Of a DNA stretch of 64,000 bases, positions 38,998 to 47,863 are shown piece by piece; positions within the stretch are counted from its first letter, which is position 1; every line of letters starts with the position of its first letter. The notes under the pieces are model-generated. The model ran no database searches. It saw nothing but the letters and a program-made list of their open reading frames with translations, and was not told the DNA's origin. The position numbers and the translations under genes were made by a program. Location: sequence record NC_027364.1. The stretch is one strand, 5' to 3'.

Positions 38998-39389
38998 GAT
39001 GTGAAATAATTATACCAGTAATATAGTTCTTTTAATTCTTCAGTACTGAACAATACTTCTTCTATTGTAGATTGTTGAAAGTGATATTCATCATTTAGAT
39101 ACATAGAAATATTACTATATACTTTCCTATTGTATTGACATAAAAAAGAAGTTTTTTGATTAATGTATTCAGTAAATGTTAATTTATCTAACTCAATATC
39201 GAATGATAATTTAATAATATGAGTATTATCATTTACATACATTAGTTTCTTTGAAAAATGATCAATTGTAATATATTCTTTATGAGAGAACTGAAATATA
39301 TTATTAAATTTATTACCATTTGTGCTTCTAAATTTTTCAAGGTAATAAGAAAGTGGTTTAATTATTGAAGTTCCAATATTGTTCTTCAT
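38994..39389 (-). CDS. EExxFQxS-motif family protein
   Basis: NDEYHFQQSTIEEVLFSTEEL. Confidence 0.7.
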   Translation of the reverse strand: MKNNIGTSIIKPLSYYLEKFRSTNGNKFNNIFQFSHKEYITIDHFSKKLMYVNDNTHIIKLSFDIELDKLTFTEYINQKTSFLCQYNRKVYSNISMYLNDEYHFQQSTIEEVLFSTEELKELYYWYNYFTS

Positions 39390-39410
39390 ATATCCTCAAT
39401 TTTAGATAAG

Positions 39411-39434
39411 AAAAATGCCCCGAAGATCGGGGCA
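39411..39434 (-). terminator. intrinsic terminator
   Basis: TGCCCCGA-TCT-TCGGGGCA + TTTTT. Confidence 0.8.
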
Positions 39435-39549
39435 GTACTAAAATGATTTTGTACCAAAAGGGGAATAAGAACAAAATGAAAATATAATAACGCATCATTA
39501 TTATGTAAGGGAGGAAAGTAACATGATATGTTAACCATTTCTGGTATAT

Positions 39550-40101
39550 TTATTTATCATTTAATTCTTTAAGTTGGGTTTGTATATCTTTAGTTATATT
39601 TCGAATTTTCTTAAAGCAATAAACACTATCGTCCAATTCGATTTTAAGTTCATGTGTAAATGCATACAGAAGTTCAGCAAATACTAAATCTTGACGCATC
39701 CAGTTTCCATCTTTATATAAAGTCATTACACAATATGGGCATTCACTATTAGAAGTTTGCTTTCCAATAAAAACACTTTGAATTGATTCATGCTTAAAGC
39801 CAATAAAACTTTCATTTATTTTTTTAATTTCAGTACTGATATCGAATTTAGCACTGGTGTTGATTGCAAAAATTTTATTCCCACTTTCATCAGTATTGAT
39901 ATTGAGTTCAATATCACTACCTAGTTTACGTACTGCTAGAGTATAAAGAAGTAATTCATACATGTCGTAACTTGTTACATTACCATTTGGTGCAATTACA
40001 TCAACACTAACACCGTGCATTTTTACTTCTGTATTAAATCCATCTTTATCAGAAAGAAAATCAGTGATTTGCTTTGTAAGGATTTTAATTTGGTCTATCA
40101 T
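39550..40101 (-). CDS. hypothetical protein (possible internal duplication)
   Basis: YELLLYT vs FAELLYA halves; AAGGA SD. Confidence 0.7.
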   Translation of the reverse strand: MIDQIKILTKQITDFLSDKDGFNTEVKMHGVSVDVIAPNGNVTSYDMYELLLYTLAVRKLGSDIELNINTDESGNKIFAINTSAKFDISTEIKKINESFIGFKHESIQSVFIGKQTSNSECPYCVMTLYKDGNWMRQDLVFAELLYAFTHELKIELDDSVYCFKKIRNITKDIQTQLKELNDK

Positions 40102-40121
40102 ATTTCATTTCCTTATGTGAT

Positions 40122-40146
40122 AAAAGCCTCCATTATGGAGGCTTTT
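40122..40146. terminator. bidirectional terminator
   Basis: AAAAGCCTCCA-TTA-TGGAGGCTTTT. Confidence 0.8.
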
Positions 40147-40154
40147 GTATTTAC

Positions 40155-40583
40155 TTAGAGAGATTCTTCGTATTCAGCAACAATCCCAACCATTTCATTA
40201 ATGAACTTGATGTGAGAATGTGTCACTGTACGGAAGTCGTAAACAAGTGACTGTTGGAAAAATACATCTTCATCAAGAGAACCATCAAAGTTCAAATCAA
40301 TGTTTTCATCGTCATTGCTTGGTGCAACTTTAATATTCAGAAGATTTTCATCAACTGCAAGTTTTACAACACAACCCAGTGCAATGGCAAGAACATATGC
40401 TGGTTTCTTAGCTTTTTCATTACGGAATGGTGCACGTAGAGCACAAAAAGTACTGCTAATCTCATCATTTGGTTCTTTGTATTTAACATTGACCATTAGT
40501 TCTTCGATTTTGACGCTCTCAATAACACGACCAGTTTCTGGAGCGAAGAAAGAATGTTCACGGATAGTTTGTTCGATATTCAT
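40155..40583 (-). CDS. EExxFQxS-motif family protein
   Basis: LDEDVFFQQSLVYDFRTVTHSHI. Confidence 0.7.
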   Translation of the reverse strand: MNIEQTIREHSFFAPETGRVIESVKIEELMVNVKYKEPNDEISSTFCALRAPFRNEKAKKPAYVLAIALGCVVKLAVDENLLNIKVAPSNDDENIDLNFDGSLDEDVFFQQSLVYDFRTVTHSHIKFINEMVGIVAEYEESL

Positions 40584-40586
40584 ATA

Positions 40587-40781
40587 TTATTCCTTATTTA
40601 GATTGCTAAAAATACGAAGATTGCGGTTTGCTTTAAACTGTTTCAAATCACCAAATCTATCATCAACGATGAAAGTTGCTGATTTCTTTGACTGACATAT
40701 TGTACAAATCAACATACCTTGTATTGTATACTCAGTTGAGCAATTTGTACAGTACTTTTTTTCATAAAGTTCAGTACTCAT
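40587..40781 (-). CDS. zinc-ribbon protein
   Basis: CxxC...CxxC. Confidence 0.65.
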   Translation of the reverse strand: MSTELYEKKYCTNCSTEYTIQGMLICTICQSKKSATFIVDDRFGDLKQFKANRNLRIFSNLNKE

Positions 40782-41113
40782 AAAACCTTCACATCAGTAC
40801 GTTTTTCTCTTTGTTCTTTTTTAACCTCATCAGTTCTAGTATCTTCTAATTGTAACACAACTTCTTTTAGAATGTCAACATCAATTGTTGCTTCTACATA
40901 TTGATAGTCGTTTACACCAAAAACATACTTTACTGCAACCCATACACGGTTATACCATTTTAAAAAAGGATTTAAACGCATACTTATCAGACATTGACCA
41001 AGTTTATCATCTCCATATTCCTCTGTCAAGTCAAATTGTGCAATGTGAACGCAATGCTCCATTTTATCGCCACAAGAACAACGTAAAATATACTCTTTAC
41101 TATCTTCACTCAT
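40778..41113 (-). CDS. conserved phage hypothetical protein
   Basis: RC.C...EH...WY.R.W.A.KY+FG pattern. Confidence 0.7.
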   Translation of the reverse strand: MSEDSKEYILRCSCGDKMEHCVHIAQFDLTEEYGDDKLGQCLISMRLNPFLKWYNRVWVAVKYVFGVNDYQYVEATIDVDILKEVVLQLEDTRTDEVKKEQREKRTDVKVL

Positions 41114-41532
41114 ACTGGATAAGCCTTTAAAAATTGTTTAAGAACTCCAAACTTAGATGAATCGTAATCGTATTGATAGTTAAGCTCTCGCTTATCATTC
41201 ATACGATACACCATATGAAAATTTGGATAACCAATTCTAACAGGTTTTTTAGGATTAGCAAGTAAAATTGCCCATTCTTTTACTGGAAATACGTTTTCAG
41301 TCAGCATTTTGATATTTGTTTCAAAATACTTCATGGCTTGCTTTCCGTGTTTGTAATCTTCTTCACTAATCTCTTGACAATCAATTCTATGTGTTTCGGT
41401 ATCTAACACCCATTGTTGATCTTCGGTATATAAATCAATTACATCATCAATAGTATAACTATCAGGTAAATCATAAAATACCCAATGAGATAAACCAGAA
41501 CTTACACCAATTCGAATTTTAAAGAACTTCAT
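41110..41532 (-). CDS. hypothetical protein
   Basis: 140-aa ORF coupled to neighbour. Confidence 0.7.
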   Translation of the reverse strand: MKFFKIRIGVSSGLSHWVFYDLPDSYTIDDVIDLYTEDQQWVLDTETHRIDCQEISEEDYKHGKQAMKYFETNIKMLTENVFPVKEWAILLANPKKPVRIGYPNFHMVYRMNDKRELNYQYDYDSSKFGVLKQFLKAYPV

Positions 41533-41690
41533 TCTTTATCACCTTTTACATAATTATAACACACGACACAGTGAATTACAAGAAGAATTATTTCCACAAT
41601 GTTAAGAGACAATACATGACTCTGCGGTGTGAAAAGTGCCAATAACAACATTATAGCAGGTATTGTGAATATTTTCCAAGTTTTTTTCAT
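41529..41690 (-). CDS. 2-TM small membrane protein
   Basis: start moved to MKKTWK (AAGGA SD); ORF track gives 41834. Confidence 0.55.
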   Translation of the reverse strand: MKKTWKIFTIPAIMLLLALFTPQSHVLSLNIVEIILLVIHCVVCYNYVKGDKE

Positions 41691-41691
41691 T

Positions 41692-41922
41692 TTATTCCTT
41701 TGTATATGCATATGGTAAAAATAAAACCTCTGCATTAGGAATGCATTGTGCCAATCCTTCAACAATAGATTTGTTTTTATTACATTGCCAAACTTTAGTA
41801 ATTTTATGTCTAAATACTTTTTTATCAACGACAATCCAGTACATGTCCATTTTAACAGTACTGTTATCAGATGGTGTTAGTAAAGTATCGATGTCATATG
41901 TATCAAAGATTTTGTCGTTCAT
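41692..41922 (-). CDS. conserved phage hypothetical protein
   Basis: YWIV.D...QCN.N..I...L...AEV.FLP.AY pattern; AGGAG SD. Confidence 0.7.
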   Translation of the reverse strand: MNDKIFDTYDIDTLLTPSDNSTVKMDMYWIVVDKKVFRHKITKVWQCNKNKSIVEGLAQCIPNAEVLFLPYAYTKE

Positions 41923-42181
41923 ATAATCTCCTAATAAAATATTCTCGATTCTCTCTTATATACCCAGATACACAGTTAGTTGTGGCTTGGTTAGTGAATG
42001 AAATCTCACTATTGGACACGCCATTTGCATCACACAAAGGACATATTCCCATGTACTTGGGGGTCGGGTAGGTGTCCAATTTGTATTTTTCATTACACAC
42101 CATGTACTGCTGTGGCAATACATCTAATATTATTTCATATTCTTCATCAAACACCTTGAAGCATACCCAACATTTACCCAT
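41903..42181 (-). CDS. hypothetical zinc-binding protein
   Basis: C...CPLC...C; start uncertain. Confidence 0.55.
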   Translation of the reverse strand: MGKCWVCFKVFDEEYEIILDVLPQQYMVCNEKYKLDTYPTPKYMGICPLCDANGVSNSEISFTNQATTNCVSGYIRENREYFIRRLYERQNL

Positions 42182-42665
42182 TATAGTTTTCCTTTAACAC
42201 CGTTCTTATATATTCGAATGTTTTAACAAACCAATCATGTTCGTCGGATACATCTACAACTTTACCACCATATACATAGTAATGGTAAAAAGGTAACTTG
42301 CTTTTTCTTAATCTTTCGGCTAACTCTGGATTTTGAATTATCTTAGCACAAATAGCATCTTGAATAATAGAAATACAATCATCCGTCATTTCAATTCGAT
42401 CATGCATATATTTGTTAGCGGCTGCTTTTGCTGCTGCACCAGATACTTTTCTAAGGTCATCATGTTTTTGCCCAGTTAAAAACCAAAAGTAAAATGTTTC
42501 AACTGAAGGGAACCAACCATATGGTTCAAGTGTGAAGCTATGCGAAGAAAAGTTAGATAGATCTCTACCTAACTTAGTTCTAGCTTTACTATAAATGTTA
42601 ATGTGTCGGTATCCATCATCAGTAGGGTCAATAAAGTCAAATGACTCTTCTGGGAACTCAAACAT
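42174..42665 (-). CDS. NADAR superfamily protein (T4 gp30.3-like)
   Basis: LSNF...F...G.F.SVE.FY...R..SG.AA..A...I.QNP.L...L..S pattern. Confidence 0.65.
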   Translation of the reverse strand: MFEFPEESFDFIDPTDDGYRHINIYSKARTKLGRDLSNFSSHSFTLEPYGWFPSVETFYFWFLTGQKHDDLRKVSGAAAKAAANKYMHDRIEMTDDCISIIQDAICAKIIQNPELAERLRKSKLPFYHYYVYGGKVVDVSDEHDWFVKTFEYIRTVLKENYNG

Positions 42666-42667
42666 AA

Positions 42668-43021
42668 TTATTCTTCTTCTCCTGAAGGAGTTCCACGTAG
42701 TTTGTCAAAATCAACCCAAATACCATGCTGATTTTTAAATCTACATTTCTCATAGTACCAGCTATAGTCAGTTTCAACACCTTGTGATATAGATCTAACA
42801 CTACAATCATACATATTATATAAATGATCCCTGACAATATACGTATTAATCAGAATAACAAACAATACAATAATACCACAGACTTTAGGATGATCCATAA
42901 TCAAATCTAGAACGGAACTCGTTTCAGTACTGTCAATTTTACTACGACCGATGGCAACAGCTTTCAGTACTGCTAATGATACCAGTAATGAAATAACAAG
43001 AACACTCAAATAAATTAGCAT
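42668..43021 (-). CDS. 2-TM membrane protein
   Basis: TMs plus C-terminal C...C..W domain. Confidence 0.7.
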   Translation of the reverse strand: MLIYLSVLVISLLVSLAVLKAVAIGRSKIDSTETSSVLDLIMDHPKVCGIIVLFVILINTYIVRDHLYNMYDCSVRSISQGVETDYSWYYEKCRFKNQHGIWVDFDKLRGTPSGEEE

Positions 43022-43023
43022 AA

Positions 43024-43605
43024 TTAGACTCCTACACCAAAACGTAAAAGGATGTTATTAACAAACACAAAATCAAATGGAGACTTTGGTTCAGATACCG
43101 AGTACTGAAAAGTTTCAGCGGAGAAACTTTCCCTATTGTGCCATGTTGATGAATCGATTAGTAATTGTTTATCACCAATTGACGTTGAATGTAATGGAAC
43201 GTGTGCTGATGAATTTATGGAATACGCATTTAGTTTTCCTTGTTCATCTAATGTGATACTAAGATAATATTTTTTCTCAATATCAGGAATAAGTTCTTTT
43301 GTATACGAATAGATTGAATCAACCCATTCATCATGTACATTTTCTGCACCAATCAGGTGTCCGAATGATAAATTACGTTTAACTGGCTTTGATCCTGGTC
43401 GAGTTAGAATGAATTGTTTTGTTAAGTAAAAATTATTATGTTTTACTTCAATATTAACATTTTTAAAATTCACAACTTTATCATATACATTTCGAAAAAC
43501 TGTTATATCCCAAGTACTAATTTCATCCATAATACTTATCACCAGTTCTTCTAGTTCTTGGATAAATGGCAAATCATCCTGATGAAATCTAGTCATGGTT
43601 TTCAT
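43024..43605 (-). CDS. hypothetical protein
   Basis: 193-aa ORF. Confidence 0.7.
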   Translation of the reverse strand: MKTMTRFHQDDLPFIQELEELVISIMDEISTWDITVFRNVYDKVVNFKNVNIEVKHNNFYLTKQFILTRPGSKPVKRNLSFGHLIGAENVHDEWVDSIYSYTKELIPDIEKKYYLSITLDEQGKLNAYSINSSAHVPLHSTSIGDKQLLIDSSTWHNRESFSAETFQYSVSEPKSPFDFVFVNNILLRFGVGV

Positions 43606-44203
43606 ATACCTTTTTCAAATTCATAATTTCTAGAATGCTGTATTCTTTATCACCAATCAAATCTTCAGTGAATGCAGTGGGGTCGGCATCGCTATACAAC
43701 TTACCATTGATGATAACACAACCATTACTAAGATACAATGCACTCATGATCTGTTGTCCTTCTTTCACATTTTGTGCTAGACCTGTATTTGTTACTACAA
43801 ATCCATTTGTTGCTAATGATGATGTTAGTTCTGACCATTCAACTGATATTAAGTCGCGATAGTCCTTAGATACTTTTATATTCACAATACAAGCAACTCG
43901 TTTAATAGGTGGAGTGCTAATCGTGTACATTTGTGGTTGTTGGTAATTAGAGTTGTATGTTTGTGGTGTTTTAACAGCAGTTCCTGAATTTTGAGTTGAT
44001 TTGGTAATTACTGGTTCTACACTGGGGACTGTTGTTCTTAGTGATATAATACGTCCAGTTTCATCCAATTTAAGGACTAAACGATGAGTTTCATCCTCAG
44101 AGTAATAGGGAAACAAGCCACCGGAATTCATATTTTGAAGCATTTTAATTAATTCATAAGTATTTTTTAAAAACATAGTACACCCCATAGAAAAGGGGAG
44201 CAC
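43589..44203 (-). CDS. hypothetical protein
   Basis: true start probably MFLKNT. Confidence 0.65.
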   Translation of the reverse strand: MLPFSMGCTMFLKNTYELIKMLQNMNSGGLFPYYSEDETHRLVLKLDETGRIISLRTTVPSVEPVITKSTQNSGTAVKTPQTYNSNYQQPQMYTISTPPIKRVACIVNIKVSKDYRDLISVEWSELTSSLATNGFVVTNTGLAQNVKEGQQIMSALYLSNGCVIINGKLYSDADPTAFTEDLIGDKEYSILEIMNLKKVYENHD

Positions 44204-44214
44204 AAAGTACTCCC
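44191..44214 (-). terminator. intrinsic terminator
   Basis: GGGAGTAC-TTT-GTGCTCCC + CTTTT. Confidence 0.75.
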
Positions 44215-44223
44215 AACATTTAA

Positions 44224-44778
44224 TTATAGTTTAATTGATTCTTGAATACCAGTATCCATTGCTTTCTTGGTACGTGTATCAGATACTACTGTACAAAGGT
44301 GTTCAATATTTTCACTTGGAAACGTATTCGAATCAAGAATTTTGGAATTCCAGAAGCCTTTGCGGAACTTAGCATAATCAGTACACTGGTCAATTTTCAT
44401 TTTCTGAAGATTGTTGAACTTTGTACGTCCTGCTTCAATTGTCACCATCAATTCCTGATAAATTTTAGGATCAAGATTTGGAACCTGTTGTTGAATCTGT
44501 GACATTACAAACTTCTGGTCAACACCTTCACGCCCTTTAAAGTATGACTCAATCGTTTCTTTCAACGCATTTTTGTACTTATCTGCTACTTGAACCTTAT
44601 CTTGAATAGTAAGAGTATAATTGCTAAGTTGACTTTCAGATGCATCATAGTACTTTTTAATGTTTCCTTCAAACTCAACTGCACGATCATGTGCACCAAC
44701 ATACATACTAATAGAACCAAACACCATTAGTACAATAACTACCAAAATACCAATTAACGCAAGGAGTTTACCATTCAT
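44224..44778 (-). CDS. LemA-like single-TM helical protein
   Basis: N-terminal TM followed by a helical domain; resemblance to LemA by eye only. Confidence 0.45.
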   Translation of the reverse strand: MNGKLLALIGILVVIVLMVFGSISMYVGAHDRAVEFEGNIKKYYDASESQLSNYTLTIQDKVQVADKYKNALKETIESYFKGREGVDQKFVMSQIQQQVPNLDPKIYQELMVTIEAGRTKFNNLQKMKIDQCTDYAKFRKGFWNSKILDSNTFPSENIEHLCTVVSDTRTKKAMDTGIQESIKL

Positions 44779-45869
44779 AAATCGTTATCCCTCATATAAA
44801 GGCCAATGAAAATAGACAGAATCAACAAAACAATGGAAGCACCGATAAGAACATCTTTTCTAGGTTCCATTTTTACTGACAAGTACTCAAACTCTTTATT
44901 AGAGAGTCTCTCAAACTGTGTGTCAATATTATGTACTTCTTTAACTAGTAAGTCAAGAGTTAATTTTTCATTTAATGCATCAATACGCATCTTTGCATGT
45001 AACTCTTCATTCTTCATTCCTTGTGCAAATGATGTACTGTAAAATTTGACAACGTTACCATCATTGTCAATACCAAAGAACATAATAACATCATTCTTCT
45101 TACCACCACGCCACGATGCAAGGGTAGCATCAACAAAATCCACATCTTTGTAATCATAAACTAGTACTTGGATGTTTACCTGCTTTCGTGCACCCATCGT
45201 TTTTAGCTCATTACGAAGGTATTCATCGTAACCATCAACGTTGTAATTTGTAGTGTTAATTACGTGATGTGTTTTGTAATAATCAACTACACTTGGGTAT
45301 TCTGGAATAGTACTAAGATACTTTTCATCATACATGTTGTGTAGTTCTTCAGGACTAAACAATGAGTTCTTATCAGCAAATAGATAGTTGATATATGAAC
45401 TCTCTGCGGCGGCATAGTCACCAATCATAACTTGCTGCCAACGTGGTGGTGTCATTGTACCTTGACGGTTCACACGTTCAATCTCAAACTCACCTACTGT
45501 ACTTTTCACATACCAATCAACTTCATATGAGTAATCAAAAACCTTATATGATTCACACTCACGATGTGATTTACCTTTACTATCATATCGCGTATGGCAC
45601 TTCTCATGCCATGTATAGTGCTTACATGAACTAGATTGTGTGCAATATTCTTTGTGGCTGTATTTTGAAGTTACTTGACCATTCAGAATCTCAACATCAT
45701 AAAGCTGGCTATAGTTGATTGCGTATGAAATACCAAGAACAAGAGCCGCACCAACCAGACAACAACCAATATGAATCAATAGTTCTTTAGTACTGATATG
45801 CTTATCGTACATGTATTTCATAACGAATACAACGATAAGAGCAGGTATTAACAGAATAATGAAATTCAT
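44775..45869 (-). CDS. multi-pass membrane protein with large periplasmic domain
   Basis: 2 N-terminal TMs, Cys-rich insert, C-terminal TM. Confidence 0.7.
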   Translation of the reverse strand: MNFIILLIPALIVVFVMKYMYDKHISTKELLIHIGCCLVGAALVLGISYAINYSQLYDVEILNGQVTSKYSHKEYCTQSSSCKHYTWHEKCHTRYDSKGKSHRECESYKVFDYSYEVDWYVKSTVGEFEIERVNRQGTMTPPRWQQVMIGDYAAAESSYINYLFADKNSLFSPEELHNMYDEKYLSTIPEYPSVVDYYKTHHVINTTNYNVDGYDEYLRNELKTMGARKQVNIQVLVYDYKDVDFVDATLASWRGGKKNDVIMFFGIDNDGNVVKFYSTSFAQGMKNEELHAKMRIDALNEKLTLDLLVKEVHNIDTQFERLSNKEFEYLSVKMEPRKDVLIGASIVLLILSIFIGLYMRDNDL

Positions 45870-45872
45870 GTA

Positions 45873-46562
45873 TTAATCCATTTTAAGCTTGTTTAGACAG
45901 AATGAAATCTGGATTGCTTCACGTGCTGCATCAAACAGTGGGTGATGTAACTCCAACCCATTAATCCCACACGTATTTACATATGTGATAAATTTATCCA
46001 ACTGTACCGAAACGATTTCATCCATTTCAATACGAGCTTCTTCATTCAATAAACGTTTCAATGTGCGTGCATTTTCAGGTGCATCATACTTCCACAACTC
46101 ACCAGCGTTCATTAGTTTTAAATGGTTTGCTTGTAAAATGCTACAATCGAAGTTACATCCGTTACCCCAGACTGAATGAGGAACTTCTTCACCATAATCA
46201 TTGTAACGTAATTCTTTCCAGAAATCAACAATACTACTGTATGCAAAAAATCGTCGTGATTGACCATTCGGTCCATACAGTTCAGGTGCTTTGAGTTTCA
46301 TAGTACTGGCAACTTCAGCATATGCATTAGGGTATTCTTTCTGACATGTATTCATCCAAAAATCCATTGCACCTGCGTCTGATTTTAAACCAGTAGCAAC
46401 TTGATCCTGGTATGGTAATTTAATATATAAGAACTGACGAATGTCATTTTCAGGTTTACTTGGAACTACTACTGCTGCGTAATTTGGGATAATAATATCA
46501 TAACCGGAAAGTTCAGGTGTTCCAAGAGCTTCAATATCAACACTAATATGACGACGTTTCAT
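45873..46562 (-). CDS. DEDDh 3'-5' exonuclease (RNase T/Rv2179c-like)
   Basis: VDIE.LG...WGNG..FD...HHPLFDA. Confidence 0.8.
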   Translation of the reverse strand: MKRRHISVDIEALGTPELSGYDIIIPNYAAVVVPSKPENDIRQFLYIKLPYQDQVATGLKSDAGAMDFWMNTCQKEYPNAYAEVASTMKLKAPELYGPNGQSRRFFAYSSIVDFWKELRYNDYGEEVPHSVWGNGCNFDCSILQANHLKLMNAGELWKYDAPENARTLKRLLNEEARIEMDEIVSVQLDKFITYVNTCGINGLELHHPLFDAAREAIQISFCLNKLKMD

Positions 46563-46591
46563 AAGTTAGTTCCTTATCTGTACATTAAAAA

Positions 46592-46629
46592 GAGTGCGTT
46601 TTCAATAAGATTATATTAAAAACGCACTC
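46592..46629 (-). terminator. large-loop terminator containing the next promoter's -10
   Basis: 11-bp stem GAGTGCGTTTT/AAAACGCACTC followed by TTTTT. Confidence 0.6.
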
Positions 46630-46638
46630 ATATGTCAA
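46610..46638 (-). promoter_or_regulatory. promoter TTGACA-N17-TATAAT
   Basis: perfect consensus. Confidence 0.8.
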
Positions 46639-46641
46639 CTA

Positions 46642-47778
46642 TTACTTGTTAGCTTTTTCGGCAATTTCACGAAGAGTGTCTTCCAGTTCATAGGAAAGTT
46701 GTGCAATTTCCTGTTTAGCACGTTCACGTTCCAATTTACCTTTTTTCTCTTCTTCAATAACTGCTTCAATACTGTCAATCATCGTTTTATGTACATTACG
46801 CAAGGTTTTAATATCCACAATACCACGGTTGTTTGCCTTTGCTGCGTCCAACATATTTGCTGCAACCATTTTAGAGTTAGTTTCCAAAAGACGGTTTGTC
46901 TCATTATCAATTAGATTGCCTAGTTCATTATCCTTACGTTGACGCTCGGAAATTAACTGTTCAGCCAATTGAGACTTCCATGCTGGAATAACAACAGATT
47001 TTAAATCTTCAAACTTAGAAACAGTGTTCAAGTTTACTTTTTTCATACTCATCAAACGTGGACCACTTAGCTCGCACATCATGATAAGACGACGAATCTT
47101 ATCTTCTTGTTTAGAAAGTGCTTCACAAATCATCTTTTGCTCTTGAATAGCAAAAGAGTCTACATTTTTGTCTGCTTGCATTTCTAATAATAATGCATCT
47201 TGTGTTTTAGTTACTTCTTCTAAACCAACTAATGTATCACGTAATTCAAACAAATATTCTTTGTTTTCATTATATGCTTTATCAAGCCATTCACATTCTC
47301 CGTGCTGGCGATTAATACCAGTTTGAAGAGTTTTCATAATTTCGTCAATTTGCTCTTTACTGTTTTTGTACTGATCACCTACTTTCTGTTGAGCATTAAC
47401 AAAGAATTTCTTAATACGACCAACAATTGATTTATCTTCTTGAAGACTGTCAATATCAACTGCACGAGTCAACGTAAGAATTGTGGTGATTGATTTACCA
47501 AACTCGGTATTGTCATCCGTTACATTAACTTTAGACATAATTTCATCAGCCAAACGCCCAACAGCAGCACCAGCAGTTGTACCAACAGTATTGATGTTTT
47601 GAACTGTTAGAGACATAGTATTTCCCTTAACATCTTTCAGTACTGGTAGTGATTTTGTAGTTTGGTTAAAAATATCACTTGCATCAATTGTATGACCTTT
47701 AGACGCAGTTTTAGTAGTGCGTTTTGCTGATTTAGCTGCGGTGGATGCTTTTTTAGGATTGATTTCTTTCTCGGACAT
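46642..47778 (-). CDS. telA: toxic anion resistance (TelA) family protein
   Basis: IKKFF...Y....EQID.I...L; IP.WK.QL....Q; NETN.LL..N...V; G+VDI.TL. Confidence 0.75.
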   Translation of the reverse strand: MSEKEINPKKASTAAKSAKRTTKTASKGHTIDASDIFNQTTKSLPVLKDVKGNTMSLTVQNINTVGTTAGAAVGRLADEIMSKVNVTDDNTEFGKSITTILTLTRAVDIDSLQEDKSIVGRIKKFFVNAQQKVGDQYKNSKEQIDEIMKTLQTGINRQHGECEWLDKAYNENKEYLFELRDTLVGLEEVTKTQDALLLEMQADKNVDSFAIQEQKMICEALSKQEDKIRRLIMMCELSGPRLMSMKKVNLNTVSKFEDLKSVVIPAWKSQLAEQLISERQRKDNELGNLIDNETNRLLETNSKMVAANMLDAAKANNRGIVDIKTLRNVHKTMIDSIEAVIEEEKKGKLERERAKQEIAQLSYELEDTLREIAEKANK

Positions 47779-47826
47779 TTAGTATTCCTCGTTTAATTTA
47801 ATATGATGTGCTGCTCTGTGATAAAC

Positions 47827-47855
47827 ATTATACGGGCAGCACGTATGATAGTCAA
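47827..47855 (-). promoter_or_regulatory. promoter TTGACT-N17-TATAAT
   Basis: motifs read directly. Confidence 0.8.
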
Positions 47856-47863
47856 GTATTTTT

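Noticed and set aside
41529-41834. 101-aa version of the ORF overlapping 41692..41922
   Set aside because: The N-terminal half is an out-of-frame overlap; a good SD and TAAAATG coupling point to the start at 41690.
43024-43605. Possible 22nd EExxFQxS family member (SAETFQYSVSEP)
   Set aside because: It lacks the acidic pair and downstream helix pattern; too weak to count by eye.
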